Origin: Flavobacteriaceae bacterium
GTDB taxonomy: Bacteria; Bacteroidota; Bacteroidia; Flavobacteriales; Flavobacteriaceae
NCBI GenBank assembly: GCA_023257625.1
Contig: JALRBW010000004.1
Location: 57,560-121,559 of the forward strand
Length of the DNA stretch: 64,000 bases
Direction of reading: 5' to 3'
Of this stretch, positions 57,174 to 64,000 are shown piece after piece; the stretch's first letter is position 1, and every line of letters starts with the position of its first letter. Made by a program: the position numbers and the translations under genes. The notes beneath the pieces are model-generated. The model did not search any database. It was given only the letters and a program-made list of their open reading frames with translations, and was not told where the DNA came from.

Positions 57174-60100
57174 ATGAAAACTCAAAATAGTAAAGAATTT
57201 TTACCCTCTTCGTGGGCCATTGAACACCGAACAGTGATTTATGTAATCATGGTGATCTTTTTTTTACTTGGTCTTCGCTCATATATTACGATGCCTCGGG
57301 AAACATTCCCTGAAATAAACGACACTAAAGTTTTTGTGAGTACGATATATCCAGGAAATACTGCTGAAGATATTGAAAGAGCCATTACTGACCCCTTAGA
57401 GGAAGCGTTGAAGGCTGTGCCCAACTTGGTTGAAATCAAATCAACCTCCTCAGAAGATTTTTCTGTAATTGAGGTTGAATTTGATGAAAACATTTCTATT
57501 GATGACGCCAAACAAAAAGCCAAGGATTTAGTTGATGGGGTAACTTCAGGTCCTGATTGGCCAGTATTTAACAATGCTAAAGTTGAGCCCAATGTTTTTG
57601 AATTGGATTTCTCAGAACTTAGACCCATTTTAAATATTAATATGCATGGTGACTATCCTATTGAACAACTTAAAGCCTATGCAGAATTACTTAAGGCTAG
57701 GGTAGAACAACTCCCTCAAATTAAAGAAGTAAATATTAGAGGAATACAGGTGTTTGAAGTAGAAGTTGCTGTAGATATTTATAAAATGACCGCAGCCCAA
57801 GTATCATTTAACGATGTCATCAATGCTATTTCAAGAGAAAACACTACAATTTCAGGAGGTAATGTAGTGCTTGGTGATCAGCGCAGAAACATTCGCCTGA
57901 CTGGTGAAATAGAACATCCCGATGACCTAGCCAATTTTGTAGTAAAAACAGAAAAAGGACCAGTTTACTTAGGAGACTTGGCTGAAATTAGTTTTAAAGA
58001 AAAGGAAAAAACCTCTTTTGCTCGATCGTTTGGAGAAAAAGCCGTACTCCTAGATGTAGTAAAACGGGGAGGAAAAAATTTGGTTCAAGCTTCACAAGAA
58101 ATTAAAGAAATTGTTTCAAATCTTCAAGAAATTGGACTTCCTGATGATTTAGATATTGAGGTGTCAAACGACCAGTCCAACATGACCTTAAATCAAATAA
58201 GTGAATTAGTAAATAGTATCATTTTTGGAGTTATTCTGGTAGTTTCTGTATTGATGTTTTTCTTAGGATTCCGCAATGCATTATTTGTTGGATTTGCTAT
58301 TCCCATGTCCATGTTTATGTCGTTCATGATTCTTTCCTTTTTGGGATACACCCTTAACACCATGGTACTCTTTGGGTTAGTTATGGGACTTGGAATGCTT
58401 GTTGACAATGGTATTGTGGTAGTTGAAAATGTATACCGCCTAATGGAAAAAGAAGGACTTTCACGTTGGGAAGCAGCCAAAAAAGGAATAGGTGAAATTG
58501 CCTTTCCAATAATTATTTCTACAGCTACTACCATAGCTGCTTTTCTTCCCTTAGGCGCTTGGCCAGGATTGATGGGTGAATTTATGATTTATTTCCCAAT
58601 CACATTGTCGGTAGTACTTGGTTCATCTTTGATTGTTGCCATATTTTTTAATTCAATGCTGGTTTCACAATTCATGGATATTAGTGAACGTGAGATTAGC
58701 CTTAAATCATTATGGCGATTAACTTTTACTCTAGGAGGCACAGGCATTTTATTACTTTTTTTGGGTGAACAAAGGCGTTTGCTTGGAAATATTTTAATTG
58801 TAATTCCAACCTTATTTTGGTTGTATAAATATTTCATAAAAAAGTGGGCTTTAAGTTTTCAAAATACCTTTCTAGTACGTTTGGAAAATGGATATAGAAA
58901 ATTCTTGAGCTATGCACTAGCAGGAGCAAAACCATACCTTTTCTTAGGAGGCACTTTTATATTGTTGTTTTTATCATTTGCTTTAATGGGAGTTTTTCCT
59001 CCAAAAGTGGAGTTCTTTCCAAATAATGAACCCCAACAAATTTTTGTATTTATAGAATATCCAGAAGGAACTGCAATTAATAAAACAAATAATACTACTC
59101 GTGAGATTGAGAGAGAAATATTAACGGTAATGGAACACTCTAAATTCACTGAAAACGGTGAAAGCCTCTTGGTAGAATCTATGGTAGCTCAAGTTGGTGA
59201 AGGTGCAGGAAACCCTTTAATTGATAATGGAAATACAAATGAATTACCGCATAAAGGAAAAATTACACTCACTATGAGAGAATATAAATATAGAAATGGG
59301 GTTTCCAGTGAATCATTACGTGAGGAAATTCAATACCAACTTAGTGGGAAATTTCCTGGGGTAGCCATTTCTGTAGAAAAAGATGCTAAAGGTCCACCAG
59401 CAGGATATCCAGTAACCATTGAAATTAAAGGAGGGGGCTATTTGGAGATGATCCAAACAGCGGAATCAATGAAAGAATTTCTAAACCGAACAAATGTGGC
59501 AGGGGTGGAAGAATTAAAAATTGATGTAAATAAAAATAAACCTGGAACCCAACTTCATCTTGACCGTCAAAAAGCTGGAGAATTAGGTGTTTCCGCTTCA
59601 CAGGTTGGACAACTTTTACGTACTTCTCTGTTTGGAGCAAAAGCTGGAGTCTTTAAAAAAGAAGGAGACGATTATGACATTAATGTTCGTTTTAATAAAG
59701 AGCAACGTTACGATGTAAACGCGCTTTACAATCAAAATATTATTTTTAGAGATCAGGCAACAGGGCGTATAAAACAAATTCCAATTGCGGCCCTAATAGA
59801 AAAAGAAAATACAACAAGCTTTAATGCAATAAAACATAAAGAGTTGAACCGTGTAGTAACATTGTACTCTTCTGTATTGGCAGGTTATAATGCAAATGCA
59901 GTAGTAGATCAAGTAAAATTAGCCCTTACAAATTATGAAATGCCTGGAGGAATGAGTTATTCTTTTACTGGCGAAATTGAGGAACAAGAAAAAAATATGG
60001 CCTTTTTAACAAATGCTCTTGCGGCAGCTATAGGCTTAATTTTACTCTTATTGGTTTTTCAATTCAATTCAATATCAAAGCCATTAATCATTTTACTTTC

Positions 60101-60608
60101 TATCTTTTTAAGTTTCACAGGTGTTTTTTTAGGTTTACTATTGTTTCAAATGCCCTTTGTTATCTTAATGACTATGATGGGAATTATTGCACTTGCAGGT
60201 ATTGTAGTTAATAATGGTGTGGTGCTATTAGATTACACCCAATTGCTGATTGATCGGAAAACCATTATGGAAAAAGTTCCTGAAAATAAAATGCTTTCTA
60301 TGGAATTAGTAAAAGAAGCTATTATTGAAGGAGGAACAGCTCGACTACGTCCCGTTATATTAACAGCAATTACAACAGTTCTTGGACTTATCCCGTTAGC
60401 TATAGGCTTAAATATTGATTTTTTCACTCTGTTTTCAGTGTACAACCCAAATATCTACCTTGGGGGTGACAATGTTATTTTTTGGGGTCCACTTGCTTGG
60501 ACAGTTATCTTTGGATTAACATTTGCCACCTTTTTAACCTTGGTAATTGTCCCTGCTACCTTTTCTATTGTTTATTCAATAAAACTTTGGTTAAAACGGG
60601 TTTCATAA
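57174..60608 (+). CDS. Efflux RND transporter permease subunit (AcrB family)
   Basis: 1144 aa. Two six-TM bundles flank large periplasmic loops; AcrB-type motifs GLVMGLGMLVDNGIVVVEN and ALAGIVVNNGVVLLDY. Confidence 0.93.
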   Translation: MKTQNSKEFLPSSWAIEHRTVIYVIMVIFFLLGLRSYITMPRETFPEINDTKVFVSTIYPGNTAEDIERAITDPLEEALKAVPNLVEIKSTSSEDFSVIEVEFDENISIDDAKQKAKDLVDGVTSGPDWPVFNNAKVEPNVFELDFSELRPILNINMHGDYPIEQLKAYAELLKARVEQLPQIKEVNIRGIQVFEVEVAVDIYKMTAAQVSFNDVINAISRENTTISGGNVVLGDQRRNIRLTGEIEHPDDLANFVVKTEKGPVYLGDLAEISFKEKEKTSFARSFGEKAVLLDVVKRGGKNLVQASQEIKEIVSNLQEIGLPDDLDIEVSNDQSNMTLNQISELVNSIIFGVILVVSVLMFFLGFRNALFVGFAIPMSMFMSFMILSFLGYTLNTMVLFGLVMGLGMLVDNGIVVVENVYRLMEKEGLSRWEAAKKGIGEIAFPIIISTATTIAAFLPLGAWPGLMGEFMIYFPITLSVVLGSSLIVAIFFNSMLVSQFMDISEREISLKSLWRLTFTLGGTGILLLFLGEQRRLLGNILIVIPTLFWLYKYFIKKWALSFQNTFLVRLENGYRKFLSYALAGAKPYLFLGGTFILLFLSFALMGVFPPKVEFFPNNEPQQIFVFIEYPEGTAINKTNNTTREIEREILTVMEHSKFTENGESLLVESMVAQVGEGAGNPLIDNGNTNELPHKGKITLTMREYKYRNGVSSESLREEIQYQLSGKFPGVAISVEKDAKGPPAGYPVTIEIKGGGYLEMIQTAESMKEFLNRTNVAGVEELKIDVNKNKPGTQLHLDRQKAGELGVSASQVGQLLRTSLFGAKAGVFKKEGDDYDINVRFNKEQRYDVNALYNQNIIFRDQATGRIKQIPIAALIEKENTTSFNAIKHKELNRVVTLYSSVLAGYNANAVVDQVKLALTNYEMPGGMSYSFTGEIEEQEKNMAFLTNALAAAIGLILLLLVFQFNSISKPLIILLSIFLSFTGVFLGLLLFQMPFVILMTMMGIIALAGIVVNNGVVLLDYTQLLIDRKTIMEKVPENKMLSMELVKEAIIEGGTARLRPVILTAITTVLGLIPLAIGLNIDFFTLFSVYNPNIYLGGDNVIFWGPLAWTVIFGLTFATFLTLVIVPATFSIVYSIKLWLKRVS

Positions 60609-60616
60609 AGTATTTT

Positions 60617-60647
60617 AAATCCTGTGGTTAGCGCTACAGGATTTTTT
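60617..60647 (+). terminator. Rho-independent terminator after the RND operon
   Basis: 9-bp stem AAATCCTGT / ACAGGATTT (60617-60625 and 60636-60644), 10-nt loop, then a T-run to 60647. Confidence 0.6.
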
Positions 60648-60654
60648 ACTTTTG
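60647..60654 (+). promoter_or_regulatory. -7 promoter box TACTTTTG upstream of aspS
   Basis: Exact TAnnTTTG match 17 nt upstream of ATG 60672. Confidence 0.45.
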
Positions 60655-60671
60655 CATTAAGAATAAAACCA

Positions 60672-62429
60672 ATGTACAGAACACACCATTGCGGAGCCCT
60701 AACCGAGAAAAACCTTAAAAATAACGTAACCCTTTCAGGTTGGGTACAACGCTTAAGAAACAAAGGCTTTATAATATGGGTAGATCTTCGAGATCGATAC
60801 GGCATAACCCAACTGATATTTGATGAAGAACGAACCCCTAAAATGGTCTTTAAAACGGCGCAAACATTAGGTCGTGAATTTGTTATTCAAGTGGTTGGGA
60901 CGGTTATAGAGCGAGAATCCAAAAACTCAAACTTAACAACTGGTGCAATTGAAGTTTTGGTTCAAGAACTTAAGGTGTTAAACGAAGCAAAAACTCCACC
61001 TTTTACCATCGAAGATAAAACCGATGGTGGGGAAGAATTGAGAATGCAATACCGATATTTAGATATTCGAAGAAATCCCGTAAAAGAAAAATTAATGTTT
61101 CGCTCCAAAGTTGCCATTGAGGTAAGAAATTATTTGTCTAATCAGGGATTTATTGAGGTTGAAACACCCTATCTTATAAAATCGACACCCGAGGGAGCAC
61201 GTGATTTTGTTGTTCCTTCTAGAATGAACCAGGGTCAATTTTATGCTTTACCACAATCTCCACAAACGTTCAAACAGTTGTTGATGGTTGGTGGCTTAGA
61301 TAAGTATTTTCAAATTGTAAAATGTTTTCGTGATGAAGACTTAAGGGCAGACCGACAACCCGAATTCACCCAAATAGATTGTGAAATGGCCTTTGTTGAC
61401 CAAGAAACAATATTAAACCAATTTGAAGGCCTTACCCGGCATCTGCTTAAAGAAATTAAAGGGGTTGAAATTGATTCGTTCCCTAGAATGAGTTACGATG
61501 AAGCCATGCGGATCTATGGAAATGATAAACCTGATATTCGATTTGGGATGACATTTTGTGAACTCAATGCATTTGCTCAAGGGAAAGGATTTAGTGTGTT
61601 TGATAGCCAAGAATTGGTTGTAGGAATAGCAGTACCAGGAGCTTCTGAAATGAGCAGAAAAGAAATAGATGAACTAATTGAATGGGTTAAACGTCCTCAA
61701 ATAGGAGCTAAAGGATTAGTTTATGTAAAATGCAATATCGATGGTACATATAAATCTTCTGTAGAAAAGTTTTTTGCTCCAGATGATTTTGACACTTGGG
61801 TACATGCTTTTGGAGCCTCGAAAGGGGATTTACTTTTAATACTGTCAGGTGAGGCTCGTACTTCACGTTCACAGTTAAGTGCATTACGTATGGAAATGGC
61901 AGAACGCCTAGGTCTCCGAAAACCCAATGAATTTGCTCCCCTTTGGGTTACTGATTTTCCACTGTTGGAATGGGATGAAGAAAGTAAACGTTATCATGCT
62001 ATGCACCATCCATTCACATCTCCAAAACCCGCCCATCTTGACTTGTTAAAAACCAATCCCGGAGCGGTATTGGCCAATGCTTATGATTTGGTGCTAAACG
62101 GCAATGAAATTGGAGGGGGATCTATACGTATCCATAATCAACAACTTCAATCTGAAATGTTTGATCTTTTAGGTTTTTCAAAAGAGGAAGCTCAAGCTCA
62201 ATTTGGCTTTTTGATGAATGCTTTTCAATACGGTGCTCCTCCTCACGGGGGAATCGCGTTTGGTTTAGATCGGCTTGTAGCAATTTTAGGAGGAGAAGAA
62301 ACCATACGTGATTTCATTGCCTTTCCAAAAAACAATGCAGGTCGTGACGTTATGATTGATGCGCCAGCACCCTTAGAAAAAAAGCAATTGGAAGAGCTTT
62401 TTCTTCTTTCAACTGCAAAAAAAGAATGA
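60672..62429 (+). CDS. aspS: Aspartate--tRNA ligase
   Basis: Start at MYRTHHCG. Class II motifs [26 protein letters not shown] and GIAFGLDRL. Confidence 0.95.
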   Translation: MYRTHHCGALTEKNLKNNVTLSGWVQRLRNKGFIIWVDLRDRYGITQLIFDEERTPKMVFKTAQTLGREFVIQVVGTVIERESKNSNLTTGAIEVLVQELKVLNEAKTPPFTIEDKTDGGEELRMQYRYLDIRRNPVKEKLMFRSKVAIEVRNYLSNQGFIEVETPYLIKSTPEGARDFVVPSRMNQGQFYALPQSPQTFKQLLMVGGLDKYFQIVKCFRDEDLRADRQPEFTQIDCEMAFVDQETILNQFEGLTRHLLKEIKGVEIDSFPRMSYDEAMRIYGNDKPDIRFGMTFCELNAFAQGKGFSVFDSQELVVGIAVPGASEMSRKEIDELIEWVKRPQIGAKGLVYVKCNIDGTYKSSVEKFFAPDDFDTWVHAFGASKGDLLLILSGEARTSRSQLSALRMEMAERLGLRKPNEFAPLWVTDFPLLEWDEESKRYHAMHHPFTSPKPAHLDLLKTNPGAVLANAYDLVLNGNEIGGGSIRIHNQQLQSEMFDLLGFSKEEAQAQFGFLMNAFQYGAPPHGGIAFGLDRLVAILGGEETIRDFIAFPKNNAGRDVMIDAPAPLEKKQLEELFLLSTAKKE

Positions 62430-62683
62430 AAACCTTTCTCCGAATATTTTTTGTTTTACTAATGGGTACTCTATTTTATGGGCTTTATTATAAAGGAAAT
62501 ATTAATAGAGAAATTGGTGATAAAATTATCGGATTCAACGTCTTAATAAGTGCCTTTTTGTTTTTACCCCTCTTTTTATGCCACCGCTGGAAAGGAAAAA
62601 GACTTCAAGATTATACCCTAACAGAAGAAAATTTAAGAAAAATGAGAGAGGGTAATCCTAACATAAAAAAAACCTCAAAATAA
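62426..62683 (+). CDS. Small hypothetical membrane protein (2 TM)
   Basis: 85 aa with an ATGA overlap with aspS, two hydrophobic helices and a basic C-terminus. Confidence 0.5.
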   Translation: MKTFLRIFFVLLMGTLFYGLYYKGNINREIGDKIIGFNVLISAFLFLPLFLCHRWKGKRLQDYTLTEENLRKMREGNPNIKKTSK

Positions 62684-62707
62684 AATGTAGGTATTGATTT
62701 TACTTGT

Positions 62708-62740
62708 AAAATTGAAGTAATTTAAAATTCAATTTTTCCC
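62708..62740 (+). terminator. AT-rich hairpin plus T-run, possible terminator
   Basis: 9-bp stem AAAATTGAA / TTCAATTTT (62708-62716 and 62728-62736) followed by TTTTTCCC. It is all A/T pairs but one, so weak. Confidence 0.35.
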
Positions 62741-62828
62741 TTTTGTTTAACATGATGAAATAAATATAGTAAAAGTCATTGAAAATCAGATTATAAACGT
62801 ACCTTGCGGCTTATTTTTAATTTATATT

Positions 62829-63020
62829 ATGACTGGTACCGTCAAGTTTTTTAATCAAGCCAAAGGATTTGGTTTTATTACGGATGATAACTCTGGAGAA
62901 GATGTTTTCGTTCACATTTCAGCCTTAAATGGTCTGACCCTTACCGAAGGGGCAAAAGTAAATTATGTAGAAGTAGAAGGTAAAAGAGGCAAACAAGCTT
63001 CTGATATAACCCTTTTGTAG
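62829..63020 (+). CDS. Cold-shock domain protein
   Basis: 63 aa with RNP1 KGFGFI and RNP2 VFVHIS. Confidence 0.93.
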   Translation: MTGTVKFFNQAKGFGFITDDNSGEDVFVHISALNGLTLTEGAKVNYVEVEGKRGKQASDITLL

Positions 63021-63041
63021 ATATATTTTGTACTCATCATT

Positions 63042-63070
63042 AAGCACTTCTTTTCAGAAGTGCTTTTTTT
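63042..63070 (+). terminator. Rho-independent terminator after csp
   Basis: 10-bp perfect stem AAGCACTTCT / AGAAGTGCTT (63042-63051 and 63056-63065), 4-nt loop, then a T7 run that overlaps the convergent tadA stop. Confidence 0.75.
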
Positions 63071-63506
63071 ATTTACGCTTTTTTGAAAAGAAACTATCTA
63101 TTAAAACTTTGGCTTCATTAGCAAAAAGTCCACTTTGGACTTTGGTTTTAGGGTGTAAAAAAACTCCCGCTTGAAGAAATCCGCGTTTAGAGTCAGAAGC
63201 TGCAAAAACCACTCGATCAAGTTGGCTCCAAAATAATGCTCCTGCACACATAATACAGGGTTCTAGAGTAACATATAAAGTACATCCAACCAAATATTTC
63301 CCGTTTATAAAATCTGCGGCAGCAGTTATAGCCTGCATTTCTGCGTGTGCCGTTACATCACGCAAACGTTCGGTTAAATTGTGAGCTCTTGCTATAATTC
63401 TACCTCCTACAACCACTACTGCACCTACAGGTACTTCTTCTTCTTCTAAGGCCTTTTGAGCTTCTTTCAAAGCCTGTTGCATGAAATATTGATCGTCTAA
63501 TTCCAT
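63069..63506 (-). CDS. tadA: tRNA adenosine(34) deaminase
   Basis: Zinc motifs HAEMQAI and PCIMCAGAL. 145 aa. Confidence 0.92.
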   Translation of the reverse strand: MELDDQYFMQQALKEAQKALEEEEVPVGAVVVVGGRIIARAHNLTERLRDVTAHAEMQAITAAADFINGKYLVGCTLYVTLEPCIMCAGALFWSQLDRVVFAASDSKRGFLQAGVFLHPKTKVQSGLFANEAKVLIDSFFSKKRK

Positions 63507-63552
63507 AATTAAAATTACAAATCTACTCTAATTTTTCACGTTCCGTTTTACG

Positions 63553-63560
63553 TACCTTTG
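63553..63560 (+). promoter_or_regulatory. -7 promoter box TACCTTTG, 4 nt upstream of the dxs ATG
   Basis: Exact TAnnTTTG match; sequence context TACCTTTGcgccATG. Confidence 0.4.
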
Positions 63561-63564
63561 CGCC

Positions 63565-64000
63565 ATGTCAATGGACAAATCGTACATTCCAGAATATCCT
63601 GATGAATTGCGTCAGCTTGCACCTGAAGCATTAACTGAAATTGCAAAGGCCTTACGCGCAACCATAATTGAAACTTTATCAAAAGGTGAAGGTCATTTAG
63701 GATCTAGTCTGGGTACAGTTGAATTAACACTAGCCTTGCATTATGTATTTTCAACACCAAACGATATACTAATTTGGGATGTTGGACACCAAGCATATAG
63801 CCATAAATTGCTCACTGGAAGAAAAAATACTTTTGATTCCCTACGTCAATTCAACGGTATTAGTGGTTTTCCAAACCGAGCAGAAAGTGTTTTTGATGCT
63901 TTTGGAACAGGTCATGCAGGCACTTCCATATCTGCTGCTTTGGGCATGGCATTGAGTCGACAAGCTCAAAATTCAAATCAACACCACATAGCAGTAGTTG
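63565..64000 (+). CDS. dxs: 1-deoxy-D-xylulose-5-phosphate synthase (N-terminal part, runs off window)
   Basis: Absent from the ORF track because no stop lies in the window. Translation reads MSMDKSYIPEYPDELRQL...GEGHLGSSLGTVELTLALHYVF...WDVGHQAYSHKLLTGR...GHAGTSISAALGMA. Confidence 0.9.
   Translation, partial: MSMDKSYIPEYPDELRQLAPEALTEIAKALRATIIETLSKGEGHLGSSLGTVELTLALHYVFSTPNDILIWDVGHQAYSHKLLTGRKNTFDSLRQFNGISGFPNRAESVFDAFGTGHAGTSISAALGMALSRQAQNSNQHHIAVV

Noticed and set aside
57239-57628. 129-aa antisense ORF inside the RND permease gene (likewise 58193-58534, 58589-58837, 58910-59149)
   Set aside because: They lie entirely within a 1144-aa gene with strong AcrB-family motifs. Their translations are S/T/I-rich with no motifs, so they are probably chance antisense open frames.
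1-64000. CRISPR arrays, tRNA/rRNA genes, transposases, integrases, toxin-antitoxin or restriction-modification/defence genes
   Set aside because: By eye I found no regularly spaced direct repeats, no tRNA T-arm-like GGTTCGAATCC motifs in intergenic regions, and no ORF with recombinase, nuclease or defence-type motifs. Intergenic regions are short. Proper scans (tRNAscan-SE, Infernal, PADLOC/DefenseFinder) would be needed to exclude them formally.

Overview
AT-rich chromosomal segment with the hallmarks of a Flavobacteriia (Bacteroidota) genome: a MoxR-DUF58-BatABCDE operon, TAnnTTTG -7 promoter boxes, no Shine-Dalgarno sequences, IPExxxVDY and DUF2480 family genes, and a sufA-BCD-S-E-T operon. 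I call about 70 densely packed protein genes, many joined by 4-nt ATGA start/stop overlaps. I saw no rRNA, tRNA, CRISPR array, transposase, integrase or phage genes, so this reads as core genome rather than an accessory island. Main blocks in order: rnhA/purN; acpP-fabF-rnc-IPExxxVDY-pyk; dinB; isoaspartyl peptidase; gpsA; pheS; cvpA; the nine-gene MoxR/Bat operon (11.3-20.3 kb); an SDR gene; a pair of secreted lipoproteins (choice-of-anchor B plus a 7-repeat propeller-like protein); the suf operon with DUF2480 and a glycosyltransferase (24.3-32.0 kb); nadD-gmk-yicC; a sugar/glycoside oxidation locus (34.2-42.2 kb); a thioesterase, M20 peptidase, EamA transporter, trans-sulfuration enzyme, lpxH, hflX, an esterase, thiL, a ZIP transporter, a lycopene cyclase and a polyprenyl synthase; a tetR-tolC-MFP-RND efflux operon; aspS, csp, tadA and dxs. 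The best candidate for under-described biology is the 34.2-42.2 kb locus. It combines an exported GMC flavoenzyme, its Tat-signal partner and a cytochrome c with an ATGA-coupled operon (exported TIM-barrel, NupG-type permease, cytoplasmic Gfo/Idh/MocA, TIM-barrel, then a secreted DUF1080 gene 8 nt downstream). That layout suggests a two-compartment oxidative glycoside-cleavage pathway with an unknown substrate. Three small genes carry point lesions: a frameshift at 6649-6652, a possible frameshift at 32076-32083, and an in-frame TGA at 45276-45278. I found no convincing evidence of a defence system or mobile element, and all functional calls rest on motif recognition by eye, not on searches.
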